Source: Anthoceros angustus (taxonomy: Eukaryota; Plantae; Anthocerotophyta). Taken from it: a DNA stretch of 64,000 nucleotides. The stretch covers positions 1,612,001 to 1,676,000 of the forward strand of contig MU008169.1 of NCBI GenBank assembly GCA_010909165.1, written 5' to 3'. Under the pieces are notes generated by a model that was not told the DNA's origin, did no database searches, and was given only the letters and a program-made list of their open reading frames with translations. Every line of letters starts with the position of its first letter. Within the stretch, counting starts at the first letter, position 1. This document shows, piece by piece, positions 1 through 12,325 of this stretch. The position numbers and the translations under genes were made by a program.

Positions 1-1744
1 ACCGCTTTGTTGGCCTGTCCCATTTTTAAGTCGTCGATGACAAAGAAAGGAAGAAGGGCCTGCAGATTTGACCTTCACTCAGTACGTTGAAAGAGTTGAT
101 TCGGAAATGTCTGTTCTGAAAAGACGTAGTGGTGACCCCAGAACTTGTTTAGTTACCCTCAATTCATGGGTTCCGATTCTCACCTGTGAAACATTTGTTG
201 CAAGGCGTGCAAGCATATAGACTACAGCTACTTGGTAGTAGAGAGGCTTGCGGAACCAAAATAAGGGAGAGACTTTCAACTTGGCGGTTGAAACATCAGA
301 ATGGTGTGTCAACCTGCGGACAAGACAGGAGGCCTGCACACATGACTGACAAGAGATAGACTCTTTCGTCGTCTGCCGGTGTATACGGTCTTGCTAAGTG
401 TGCTGCGTAACAAACATGATACAAAAGGATCTCACCTAGGCTCTGACACCAAGCTGAAAAATGAGAACAAACACGCAACCTGTAGCAATAGCCAGCCCTG
501 CAATCCATCGGTACTGATACCCAAGCCCAATGGTAACAAGGCATGTCAGCTGCACTTCAATCCAGCCAAAGCAAGTTGTTAGCACAAAGATGAAAACCAC
601 ACATACCTGCCGTTGCACCTGAGTTACTGTGTCAGAAGGCATGGTTTGGAAGACAGTAAAAGCAATCGCGTACAAGAAGAGGTTTGCGAGCTGCACATCA
701 CATTGCAGTAGATCATTAGGTCCTGGCCTACATCGCAGCCCACAAGTTGCTGCTTGTTCAGCGAGAAGGATAATACTCTTCTGACCATAGTGAATGCATT
801 GCGACAGCTGTTCAGCGCCACTCTGCTCGTCGCATTTGATGTAATGCAGTTGACCAACGACCTGCAGGATCAACCCCAAAGAGCTTCACATCTCATGTGT
901 ACGAAGATGGTAGGTGTAATGTGCTGGCAAGATGAGGACGTGAATAATTCGAAGAAAGAAGAGCTGTACATGTGCGAGACTTGGGTTCCAGCCCACCCCA
1001 CGTTGAAAATGGCTGCATACAAACTAGAACCGTACACATGTGCTGCGGTAGAGGTTGCCCCAAGGAGGGTACATGTCCAGCACCCTCCGAACACAGAGGA
1101 GAAGGAGATTGCCACAAGCAGGGAACCCCCCGCATGCCATAGCTTAAATCTCCCAAACTTATCTATCTGAATGCAAGGAGCTGATAAGGCTTGCAGACGT
1201 TATCAAAAACGAAAGGAGCACAATCCACCATGACCATGTGAGATATGAACAAACTCTTAACGATAACAGCACTAAGCCCACTCACCAATTGCCCGACAGA
1301 TAGTGTGCCAATCCCATCCGCCACCTGTCCAGCAAGCATGACAACTCCAGCTTGCCTGAATGCATGACCATCAAATGGTGGCTGTAAGACGAAGGTGCCA
1401 TCAATGGACCAGAAACAGCACAGGCCTGGGACTGTCTTCAACCTGAGCTCACAAGCTAAACCAGAAGCTTACTTTGGTGACAAGCCGACATGAGTGAGGA
1501 AAATCAAAAGGTACGTGAACCAGCAAGCAGCCGTGAGATCGTTCAGCATATGCCCCGTTCCATATGCCAGTATCTGTGGCCTTGTAAGCGGGACCTCCGA
1601 GGGACCGGTGACATCCCCATGCTCCTCTCGGATGCTTAATTCTTGCTGCCCAAGCCTCTCAGCTTTGTGAGGGGCACCGTGGGGCAAATTCGGTCCATCC
1701 AAGAACCGAGAATCTGATGCACCCACGACATGAGGCGAATCCAT
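1..1744 (-). CDS. MFSD12: MFS transporter, MFSD12-like; multi-exon, 3' end runs off the window start
   Basis: Exon peptides LAYGTGHMLNDLTAACWFTYLL, VMLAGQVADG, YAAIFNVGWAGTQVSHM, WFRKPLYYQVAVVYMLARLATNVSQ and ALLPFFVVIDDLKMGQANKA; first ATG at 1744; GT-AG introns. Confidence 0.85.
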
Positions 1745-3082
1745 GCTCACTCAACGGGAATGGAGATACGATTTAGTACACATATATTCTAATTACTGTA
1801 ACAGCAGCTTCCAATATATCCAACAAGCTCGGATCCGTCCTGGCGTTCATCATGTGCTCGACTCCAGGAATCCGGCCGCTGCAAAGATGCAAATCAAAAT
1901 AAGACAGATGAATGACAAAGGAGGGCCATATCTGCTATCACCTCTGCGCTTAATTGTCCCTCTTGCCATCCTCTCCCTGAGCTCCAGAACGCACCTCAAA
2001 CTGGTACCCACAAATCTAGAATTGAAGACAGGACACTGAGGACAGCACCCTGAAGGGCAGATCTGGCCGACCTTCCGAAATTCGGGGAGACGAATTCTCC
2101 GTCCCAATCCCTGCTGCGTATTGCCTGGAGAATTGTGCAAGTGTGCAATTGCGGCGACCGAGAAGCTGAATCAGCCCACTCCCAAAATTCCCAAACTGGT
2201 CGTCGCTAGAGCTGGGAGTCTGAACGAGTTTGGCCTATCAGGATTCCCGAAGAAGAACGTCAGCCGAATCAAGTGCTGCCGATCAACAAACCTGTCCAGC
2301 AGTGCTGCTACTCGTAGTAATATTCCCCCGCCTCCAGGCTCAACTTTTTGGAATTCCTCAAAATTTGTGGCAAGGGCAAGGCGAAGAACCCCCGAGCTGG
2401 GTTTGGGTCTGGGTCGTGAAGACCGTCGAAATTCGGGCCGTGGGATGCACAGGCAGCTACGTAGAGTACATGGCGAGCTCCAGACGTGAGGACACGAGTC
2501 TCCGAGTCCGCTCGAACAAGGTGGGTGGTGGGTCCTATGTTGGGTTCGTCCAGGACAGAATATTCATAAGGAACACTCTCCCTACTTGTCCAATGAGGCA
2601 TAGTACCTCATCAGCATGCAGCGTTGCAGTGCCGGGTGGCTCGCCGGAAGCAGCCGGATCGGAGATTCGGAACCCGCATTGGACAGATCTGTCGTGTACA
2701 ATCAAAATTGAGTCCACAAGGTTTCCTTGCTCAGTCTTTCCTAGTGGCAGGTGGTGAGAGCAGCGGGTCGGCAGAAGCAGGGTGACGTCTTGTGTTACCA
2801 AATGTGGGATCCCGCGGGGAAGGTTGTGGTGGTGCTGGTACCGGGAGGAAGAGCTAGTTCGAGCTGGCGGGTGCGGGACAAGGCGGAGCAGGGGCCCGGA
2901 GATGAGGACGGGAAGGGAAAGGAACGGAACGGCAGGGTTTGGTTGGCGGCGCCATTGGCATTTTTCGCGGCAGGAAGATGCACTTCGACATTGATCCGGG
3001 TGACCTAACCTATTGAGGACACGAGTACGAGACGAGACGGTGATTGTCGTCCGTCATCGGGTTGGGGCCAGGTTGCGTGGCG

Positions 3083-3538
3083 ATGGAAAGCAAGGAAGGG
3101 AATCCAGGTTTAGGGTTAGGAGGTGGAGCAGGAGCAGGAGGGGAGATTTCGTTCGCGCCGGTGCCTCAGAGGGTGTTGGAGGAGGCGGCAGGGTTTGCCC
3201 TGCCCGTGAATTTCCATGGCAACCTCGTCACTGCAACCACGGACGAGCAGCTCACCGAGATCCTGTCCAATGCCAAGGCTTGCAAGCGGCCTGCCGTGGT
3301 GAACTACGGAGCGTCCTGGTGCCACGTTTGTAAACAAATGCTTCCCACTTTCTGCAACCTGAGTAACGAGCATCCGTCCTCCCTCTTTGTGTATGCGGAT
3401 ATCGACAAGTGCGAGGCCACGACACATGATGTGCGGTACACTCCAACGTTCCGTTTCTACAGGGACGGAGCCAAGGTGGATGAGTTCTATGGCGGGGGCG
3501 CTCAGAGGCTTCGGGACCGTGTATGGCTCCAGTCCTAG
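3083..3538 (+). CDS. Thioredoxin-like protein (Trx-like 3-3 type), atypical WCHVC active site, intronless, 151 aa
   Basis: VVNYGASWCHVCKQMLPTF...ADIDKC...YTPTFRFYRDGAKVDEFYGGGAQRLRDRVWLQS; ATG at 3083. Confidence 0.85.
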   Translation: MESKEGNPGLGLGGGAGAGGEISFAPVPQRVLEEAAGFALPVNFHGNLVTATTDEQLTEILSNAKACKRPAVVNYGASWCHVCKQMLPTFCNLSNEHPSSLFVYADIDKCEATTHDVRYTPTFRFYRDGAKVDEFYGGGAQRLRDRVWLQS

Positions 3539-4377
3539 AGCAGGAATCTCGATCCTTCTCCTGGGGCGCACCCTTGGAAATGGGAAAGTGTCGTTGCTTT
3601 CCCTCTAGCATTTTGTTGTGACTTATGCACAAATCCGTTTCTTCCCGTGGAATGCCATGTGCAGGCCTGTGGATCCCACAATTAGCCAGCCGTCGAGGTG
3701 AGCATCAGCAATGTATTCGTACCACTGCACATTCATTTGTATTTCAAGTGTGCAGACAATGTGGGCTTCCAAACCAACTCTCTGTTTACCCACACGTCAA
3801 GCTATGTCTGTCATCGGGTTCAATGGTATTCTCGAGACAAGTTTACAAGAGATGGCTGTTTGATGCACACACGGTGCCATGCCGACAGTGGGAAACGAAC
3901 GTGGATTTCAAGGTCATAGAGACGATGCTTGGTATGTGACTACGCAACGGGAATGACGAGAATCGTTTAACGTTACGCTGTAGTACGATTCTTGCCTGGA
4001 ACTGCGCGTCACGATGGGCAGTAAATCCTCAGCTGACCATAAATGTATCGCGTCCCGCACCTCTTCTAGTTGAGGTAAAATCTCAGCTACAAAAAAAAAG
4101 TACCTACAGCTGTGGCAGGTACCCTGCTGCCACTCAGACCAGTCACATATAGACCTTGCTTCCTCTCCAGCATTGCCTACGCACATACGAGAGGGAACAT
4201 GCTTTCGCATCCTCAGATCGAGAGCGCTCAGTGCCTCTCCAGTCAGTCTCCATGAGCCGAAACAGGAGCGGAAGAGTCCGGTTAGTGGGGACCCCAGCAA
4301 AAAGAGGCACACATCCTAAAAGTCGGCCAGGTGAAACAGCAGTCGTTGAAGAAGCATGGACAAGTCACTTCGCCCGT

Positions 4378-7300
4378 CTAGTCATCAAAGGTTGTCTTCT
4401 TGCCTGGGAATAGGAACAAGCTTCTATTAGAACCGCTAAAACGGAACAGACAACTGATCAAATCGCAACAATGAGAGGCAGAAATGCAAGCCACAACTGA
4501 CCTGTGCCTGCTGCAGCAAGATTTACTTTAGTCCTGGGGGCTCCACCCCGGCCCCCACCTCTACCACCACCTCCACGGCCACCTCCACGACCGCCTCGTC
4601 CTGCAAGTCCAGATAACACGCTAAGCAACACCTCTTAGGTGACTAGAATAGAATACTGCACCATAGGGCGTTTTCAGACAACATGCATACCGCGATCACC
4701 ACTGCCAAAACCCCCTCTTCCACCTCTACCACCACCTCTTCCTCCGCCGCCAAAACCACCTCTTCCTCCACCGCGACCACCTCGGTCCCCACCACCCCCT
4801 CCAGCAGGTGCTTGTCCAGCCTCATTTACCACTAAAGATCTACCATTAAGATCAGATCCATCATACTCCAGGGCCTTGGAAAGTCCATCCTTGCTGTCAA
4901 ACTCAATATAGGCAAACCTGTGACATGTACAGGAACACAAACCGGTTTTGGTGAACCTATCAAATTAATACTTACCACTTTGAGGACAGCAAACTGGAAT
5001 TAAACTTAAGTTTAGTGCTCACCCCTTTATATTTCCAGATTCCCGATCTGTTGGGATACGGACCGTCACAACATCTCCACATTCACTGAAATGCTCTGTT
5101 AATGCATTTCGTATCTGCAATACATTGGGCAGTGTAGCAACCAAGCAATCAGAAAAACTTAAACTTGATTGTGGCCGCCATAAGTTTTAAGTGAAAGAAA
5201 GAGGCACTCACTGAGTCTTCATCTTGAAACTTGTCAAAACCTCTAACAAAGGCAGTTTTGTCAGACCCTGGTCTGGGAGTCCCTGGCGTTCCACTGCGTG
5301 TAGAATAGAAAACTTCCATCAAGCTCCAGTGCAAAGCACATGACCTACATGCTATCTGATTGTAGTCACATCAGGAAAAAAACAGAGGGACTCACCCGAA
5401 GCCCCCAGCTCTTGGGGCACTACCTGGGGTAGTCCGCTCACGCTCCCTTGCTAAATCTACCGCAATATTCCTACCGGACAAATTATCACCATTTTTCTTG
5501 AGGGCCTGCACCAGGATAATTCAAGCACACCATCAGTTCGGTCGATTCAAAATATATAGCCGTCTACACCAAGTACAGAGGAGCCATTACCAAAACCTTC
5601 TAACATACTAGTCAAAACAATAATGAAAAACCAGGCACGGAGGAGCAACCTTCTCTGCCCCAGCTTTGGTCTCAAACTCAATATGACCAAATCCTCTGGA
5701 TTGCCCATTCTCATTCTGGGCAAGTCTTACATCCAAGATCTCTCCACAGTCCTTGAAGTATTCATAACTGGTATGAACAAAACAACAATCACATTAGCAT
5801 TCACACTACGCCTGGAAAGTAAGCTGAAAATGTTATCCTTGGAAACTTCACCATCCTGTAAAACTACAGTGAGAAGACATACAGGCTGTCTGAATCCACG
5901 GCCCAAGCCAAATTCTTCACAAAGATAGTCTTGCTCCCATCGCTGTCATCAGCCCCTTTGACCGGGGTCTTGGGCTGTGGAATAACATACCACATTTACT
6001 GCAACTTCAAACAGTTCACACAGGTCTTCGCGAAAATTTACACTGTCCAAGGCTCTCACCTCAACTTTTTGCTTTTTGCTCTTGGGTTTGTCTTCCTCTT
6101 CTCTTTCCTCCTCACTTTCTTCATCCTCACTTTCTTCATCCTCACTTTCTTCATCTTCACTTTCACCCTTTGCTGCAGATTTTCCATTTTGCACTTTTGA
6201 TGTTGCAGGCTTTGCTGCAGATTTGCCTGCAGGTTTTGGAGCTTCCTCTTCATCACTATCTTCCTCATCACTCTCCTCGTCATCGCTGGAGTCAGCTTCA
6301 GCAGTCTTTGCAGCTGGTGTCACAGGCTTTTTGACTGCAGCTGGTGTCGATGGCCTTTTAGCTGCAGAAGGCTGGCAGAGTACAGAACAATCAGTTATAT
6401 ACTTTGATTGGATTGCACAAGTATCAACCACGGGGGAATCTCGGAGAGAGAAAGTTACCTCTTCTTCGCTGTCATCATCACTATCATCCTCATCACTTTC
6501 AGCAGCAGGGGCTGCCTTTGCTGCTGGTACAGGAGTTTCCTCATCATCACTATCGTCACTGTCATCCTCATCATCGCTCACTGCTGCTGCTGGTTTGGCG
6601 ACTGCTGGTTTGGTGGTGGCAGCCTCCTTCCCTACAGGCTTCTTAGGCTGCACAGAAATATACAACCACCATTGAGGAAGCAGGCAAAAACTTGAGAAAT
6701 TATAAACTGAAAACAAACATCAGGAGAAGACAAGCCACCTCCTCATCACTGTCATCCTCATCACTGTCGTCACTGTCATCCTCATCACTGTCATCGACTG
6801 CTGCTTTCGGTTTACCAGCTGCATGAGTTGCTACTGATTTGGGTTTTGCAGCTACCTTTCCAGCAGGCTTCTTCGGCTGGAAAAGACAACACTGCTCCGT
6901 CATATCCATTTTGTCAAAAGTAAGACAGGGAAGGCCAGCAGTAAAATGTGTTCACGTACAGCTTCATCCTCAGAGTCATCCTCATCAGATTCATCGTCAG
7001 ATTCCTCCATGGGAACAGGCTTGGTAGCAGGCTGCAACCATCCCAGGCAACAAACTCAGCAAAATGCTCTGCTCAAAACGTCTGCAACAAGACGCTGAGA
7101 CTATATCCACACCTCTTCATCAGAATCACTTTCATCATCACTGTCTTCCTTGGCCGCAGGCTTCCCATTGTCTGCTGGCGTCATTTCCTGCATCCCAAGC
7201 CAAGCCCTAATCAGCCGCCCAACCAACAATCAACAAGTTCACAGACCGGCGGCACAACATCATGCTCAGCCTCCAACCTCATCAGAAGACTCATCACTGC

Positions 7301-8118
7301 TATCCTCTTCTACCACAGGTTTCTTCACAACGGGCACCTTCTTGGCCTCTACCGGCGCACCCTTGCCGTTCTTCACTGGTTTAACAACTGGAGTCTCCTG
7401 AATTTCAAAAACCAGCAAGGCATCCTCGAGTTATTACCACAAACCGGTGCACAGCCACTTTGAAACAAAAACCCAGGAACAGCCACTACCTCATCAGAAG
7501 AGTCGTCGTCACTAGATTCTTCCACAACAGGTTTCTTGGGAGGAGGCGCCTTTTTAATAGACTTGGATTCCTGTCGAAGGAAAACAACATTCACTCAGAC
7601 CAGTTCCGGCTATCACGCGTGAAACAGCACTCCTGTTGGTGACACAGCCGAACCCTACAAACAAGACAATCACCTTCTCAGCCTTCGCTGGCACCGCCTT
7701 TGCAGGGGCCGCCTTCACCTTCTCCACCTTCCCGCCAGCACCTGAAGCGCCGACCATGTCAATAAGTCGTCTTTCACCATAAGGACAATAGAACCACAAA
7801 CAGCCGCAGTTCCAGAAAGCCAGCTGCCACGAATGGACCAAAAACAGGCGACTCCAGTATCAGCTGCGCCGCAGTCCCTCCACTTCAGCTCAGATACTCT
7901 ACAGGCCCGTCCCACACCACCAAACCTACAGAAATGCACCTGTGCTCGCTACTAGAAACCGGAAGCGTCGACATCCGCTTAAACCCCAGCCTAAACCCCA
8001 GCATGAACCCCAAACACAAACTTTGGCCGCTGCGAGCAGAATTGGGCGGTTGCAACATACTCTTCACTGGAGTGGCCTTGGCGACAGCCTCCGTGTCATT
8101 GCGTCCGCGCTTGGCCAT
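4378..8118 (-). CDS. NUC1: Nucleolin: acidic/Lys-rich N-terminal repeats, RRMs, RGG tail; many exons
   Basis: Exon 1 MAKRGRNDTEAVAKATPVK splices in frame (GTATGT donor, TTCAG acceptor); SDDEE blocks; KTAFVRGFDK; FAYIEFD...LNGRSLVVNEA; RGG repeats; C-terminus GKKTTFDD* (stop 4378-4380). Confidence 0.9.
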
Positions 8119-8221
8119 GGTGGATGCGCGGATGAATTGGGGCGGGCAGGTGTGAGAGCAGCGTATTCCACAGACTCATGAATATCCGTCGTCTACCAGT
8201 TCAACATATATAGGGCGCTGC

Positions 8222-8250
8222 TGGGCTTACAAAACCCTAAGCTCTTAGGG
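8222..8250. promoter_or_regulatory. Telo-box (AAACCCTAA) with adjacent site II-like TGGGCT upstream of nucleolin
   Basis: AAACCCTAA at 8232-8240, palindrome CCCTAAG-CT-CTTAGGG, TGGGCT at 8222; about 110 bp upstream of the ATG. This motif pair is typical of plant ribosome-biogenesis genes. Confidence 0.55.
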
Positions 8251-8743
8251 CTGCTCGCTCCTCGACGGCGTTACTGTTATAGAATTTTCTTCTTCTACTG
8301 AATCTTCAAAAAGAAAGATCACGAGCCAATACACTGAAGGCGGAAAATATCAAGTGTACCGGCTAAACTTGGTACCTACTGCTGAAGGTACATTCTGCGT
8401 TTTGGTGGGCAGTCCACTTGACCAGTGCAGGCCAACTCGGGCTGCCAAATTCGAATGCCATCCGTGTGGGAGGAGACGCGATTTCTGCGTCTCCTGGCCA
8501 AAGCCTCTCACCATATGGTGTCTGCAAGTGCCGGTGCCCTGCCCCTCACGTGCTTCAATCAAAATGACCCAGGGAAGTCCAGATGCTTCTGCGTCGATTA
8601 GATGACACAGCATCACCGTCGGAGTTCGAGCCTCGGAGGCCCAAGTTTCGCCAGGATTCCGAGCAACAAGTGTGAGCAGTCCGTTGCAGAGGCGTAGCTC
8701 GGAGGGGATGTGATCTACAAGTTGTCCTGGCCGCCAAGGTCAT

Positions 8744-11131
8744 TCAAGCAGCGTCTCCACATGAGCACAGACCATCCCTGAAATGGTGGACGCGGTGGGC
8801 ATCCCGGACGATAAGCTCCCTCTTCTCAGCCTGCGAGAGAACCTTGGCGACGCTGTGGCAGCTGCTGCACATACGTAGAGATTTGGTGACCAGCAGAGTG
8901 GAGCCTGCAGGAGTGTTTAGTAGGCCGAAAGATATGGCCAGTCTTTCCGCATGCCCACACATGGTGTCGTCGTTTTCCTTTCCGGCTGGGACGGTAGGGA
9001 ATCCCTGGATCTGGGTGGTAGGGGGAGACATTTCCTCGTCTCCTACTGTAAACTGATGCACCTTGTGGTTCACTTCGATGAAGGCCTTTGCAGGCTTTTT
9101 ACGTACGCCTGACGCTATCCGCAACCTGTCGATGTCCCGCGCGTCCTCCAACCTGCCGGCAGTTGCGTATAGACCTGACATGAGGATATAGGCCGAGCCA
9201 TGTTGAGGTTCCAGCTGCAGAAGACGGTCGAAGCACATGCGTCCTCGCCCGACATCACCGTGGAGATTGCAGGCAGTTAGCAAGGACCTCCATCCCACGT
9301 AGTCGTTATCGAAGGGAAGGGATTGCAACATCTGTTCAGCCTCGTCCATGTGACCCGACCGCCCGAGCAGATCAACCATGCAGTTGTAGTGCTCCACAGT
9401 TGGTGCGATACCATGCCCTTCGACCATCATCTTGAAGTACTCTTGCCCTTTGCTTACCAGCCCCATGTGACTGCATGCCGTGAGCAGAGACAAGAATGTG
9501 CAATCATCGGGCTGTACTCCCTGTACCTTCATTTCCTCGAAGCAGTCCATGGCCAGTTCACAGTTATTGTGCTGGCCATATCCGTTAATCAGCGAATTCC
9601 ATGTGACTACGTTTCTCAGAATTAACCCATCAAAAACGCGCTGAGCGTCTTCCAGGCTCCCGCATTTGGCATACATGTCCACTAAAGCGCTCCCAACATG
9701 TGCATCTTGTGCGAGCCCCCTGTCTAGAATTTCAGAGTGTATCTGCCTGCCTGCTTGTAGGGCACCGATGCTCCCACAGACTTTCAGAGTATTGATGAAG
9801 GTCACCATATCAGGCTTTGTACCCTCTCGTTGCATACTTTCGTACAAATCAAAAGCTTCGGGGCCAGACCCATACAGGGCATAACCACCTATCATGGCAC
9901 TCCAGGTCACAATGTCTCTTGCGGGCAACCCATCAAAGACCCTGCGAGCATCATGTAAGCACCCACACTTGAGGTACATGTTCACCACAGCATTCCAAAC
10001 AAATAAATCTGATCCTCCGACAGTTTCCCGAATCTGAGCGTGGATTTGGTTTCCCTTGTCCACAGCCCCCGTCATTCCACATGCTTGCAAAACAGCCACA
10101 AGAGTGAACTTGTCAGGCGTCACACCATCTTCCTGCATACTTTCATAGAGGTCAAGGGCGTCCTGACCAAGCTCATGGTGAGTATATGCTTGGATCATCA
10201 CATTCCACGAGACTACGTCTTTGTGTGACAATGTGTCAAACACTGTACGCGCATCCACCAGGCTTCCACACTTGGCATACATATCGACTAGGGTATTGCC
10301 AACACTTACCACACCTTGAAGCCCTCGTTTCTGAATGTCGGCATGAATTTGCCTGCCCTTCTGGATGGCTCCTCTCATAGCACATGCTTTCAAAATAGTC
10401 TTAAAAGTAGCATAATCAGCAGAAACCCTGTCATCCTGTTGCATCAACCCGTACAGATCCAGGGCTTCTTGTGCGAGCCCATTTTGGACATACCCCGAGA
10501 TCATGGCATTCCAAGTCACCACATTTCGGGTTATCAAGCTGTCAAACACTGCCCGAGCATCCCTCACGCTCTTGCACTTGCTGTACATGTCCACAAGGGA
10601 GCCCCCAACACAAAGGTTGGACTCAAGTGCACTGTATACAATATCAGCATGCACAAGCCTGCCAGATCTTATATCTCCAAGACTGGCGCAGGCTTTCAGG
10701 ACTGCCACAAGTATATAGCTATTCGGTTTCACCCTTGACATTCGGAGCTGCTGGTACAATTCGATAGCCTCCAGAGCCTGTCCCTGCTCTCCATGTGCGG
10801 AGATGATTGAAGCCCACACGTGTTCATCTGGAGCAGGCAGTTTGCCAAAGACTTGCTTTGCTTCCAGCAAGCTTCCATGCGAAGCATACATGCGGATAAT
10901 GTGGTTGGCCAGAAATGCATTGGACTCAAACTTCCGTTTAGCCACAAGAGCATGAATTCGCCTGCCAACTACCAGATCTTTATTCGCAATGCATCCCTTG
11001 AGGACACGATACAACATGTCTCTTGAAACAAAACGCCCTTGCCGGTCCATGCTGTCCAGCTCCCTCGAGGCCTCATCGAACAGTCCATCATCACATAATT
11101 GACTCCAGCTCTCCTGGCTACATTCCAACAC
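8744..11131 (-). CDS. PLS-class PPR protein with E1/E2 and DYW:KP deaminase domain (candidate U-to-C organellar RNA editing factor)
   Basis: Uninterrupted 795-codon frame of P-L-S triplets, then KKPAKAFIEV, CGHAERLA, KSLRMCSSCH and HHFRDGLCSCGDAA*. The ORF opens at GTG after an in-frame stop, so the true start is a later ATG or an upstream exon. Confidence 0.92.
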   Translation of the reverse strand: MLECSQESWSQLCDDGLFDEASRELDSMDRQGRFVSRDMLYRVLKGCIANKDLVVGRRIHALVAKRKFESNAFLANHIIRMYASHGSLLEAKQVFGKLPAPDEHVWASIISAHGEQGQALEAIELYQQLRMSRVKPNSYILVAVLKACASLGDIRSGRLVHADIVYSALESNLCVGGSLVDMYSKCKSVRDARAVFDSLITRNVVTWNAMISGYVQNGLAQEALDLYGLMQQDDRVSADYATFKTILKACAMRGAIQKGRQIHADIQKRGLQGVVSVGNTLVDMYAKCGSLVDARTVFDTLSHKDVVSWNVMIQAYTHHELGQDALDLYESMQEDGVTPDKFTLVAVLQACGMTGAVDKGNQIHAQIRETVGGSDLFVWNAVVNMYLKCGCLHDARRVFDGLPARDIVTWSAMIGGYALYGSGPEAFDLYESMQREGTKPDMVTFINTLKVCGSIGALQAGRQIHSEILDRGLAQDAHVGSALVDMYAKCGSLEDAQRVFDGLILRNVVTWNSLINGYGQHNNCELAMDCFEEMKVQGVQPDDCTFLSLLTACSHMGLVSKGQEYFKMMVEGHGIAPTVEHYNCMVDLLGRSGHMDEAEQMLQSLPFDNDYVGWRSLLTACNLHGDVGRGRMCFDRLLQLEPQHGSAYILMSGLYATAGRLEDARDIDRLRIASGVRKKPAKAFIEVNHKVHQFTVGDEEMSPPTTQIQGFPTVPAGKENDDTMCGHAERLAISFGLLNTPAGSTLLVTKSLRMCSSCHSVAKVLSQAEKRELIVRDAHRVHHFRDGLCSCGDAA

Positions 11132-12112
11132 CGGATTCGATCAAAAACAACACTCCTCTCCACTGCTAAAAAACCTAATACAACTACCATGACTGCTGCA
11201 CAGGAATTAATTTTCACCTGTCAAGCTTCTGACACCCAGCTCTGTCCCTGCCACCAGGCACACCTCCTTCCGCCAATGCCTCACTCCTTCCTCTCTTCAA
11301 CACCACGTCCTCACTATCCGGGCCTGACTGCCATGACCATTCAACTATCAGTTCCAATCTTCCAAGCACGCATCTCCAAAACACACACTCTCGTAACCCA
11401 GCCTTTACCTGCTTCATCCTGGATTCGGCCAGAAACTGCCTCCACAATCCCTCGGCTGCACTCTGCTCATCTGCGGCACACCTGGAAACATAAAACCTTC
11501 AAAGCCATATAACAGGCGAGTCACAAAGAGGCAACAAAACCGGACTCCAGGCCTCACCCTGACTGCCGTGCTCCGCCGTGCCCTCCAGGCTGGACAGCCG
11601 CCTGGACCACTCCAACGCGGGGATGTGTGCCCCAGCCTTGCTCCAAACCAGCCCGCCGACAGCCCCGGACCTCCTCATCGCATCTTCAGCTCCCTCCAAG
11701 CATTGCTGCAACCAGCACTCACCTCACAGCCTCCCGGAGACCTAGCAACACCAGGATTCCTGCACCACCGGCCTTGCAGGGCTTCCATCCATGGCAACAC
11801 TCCACCCTGTCCCTGCCTTCCTTCAAATTGCACCAACTTTCCCTTGGCTGCCGCACTCCAATGTCCCCGGTGCCTTCACTTCACATGCTTCGTCTTCCTC
11901 TTTCGGAATTTGGGAAATTGTTTTATTTGTGTATACTCCTTAGCAAGGAAACGTTACTCAATATAAGAGCTAGAGGCGAAGTGATGAAAGCGTGAAACGT
12001 CTCAGTTTTTCTGTGCGAGACTCGCAGACCAGGAGAGCGTCATCCGAAACGAGATCGTCTTCAGTCATCAGGCTTGCGGGCTGCGCGTGGTGTGGTGAGC
12101 AAAACTTCGCAA

Positions 12113-12325
12113 ATGACCCGAGGCAATCAGAGAGACCGCGATCGGGAGCGGGCGGCCGCTAGGACGGGCGGCGGGAAGGGAGCTAAGGTCAAGGATGACG
12201 GGCTCACGCCGGAGCAGCGCAGGGAGCGGGACGCAAAGGCATTGCAAGAAAAGCAGGCCAAGAAGGCGGCGAGCGGGCCTCCTGCCGGAGCGCCATCGGG
12301 GACTAAGCCTGCTGCCAAGAAATGA
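12113..12325 (+). CDS. SERF: SERF/4F5-family small protein, 70 aa
   Basis: MTRGNQRDRDRERA...GLTPEQRRERDAKALQEK; ATG at 12113. Confidence 0.88.
   Translation: MTRGNQRDRDRERAAARTGGGKGAKVKDDGLTPEQRRERDAKALQEKQAKKAASGPPAGAPSGTKPAAKK

Noticed and set aside
2121-2757. ORFs of 122 and 175 aa between MFSD12 and the thioredoxin
   Set aside because: No family motif; overlapping frames in a probable divergent promoter/UTR region.
6076-6675. Ser-rich 199-aa + strand ORF
   Set aside because: It is the antisense of the nucleolin Asp/Glu repeats.
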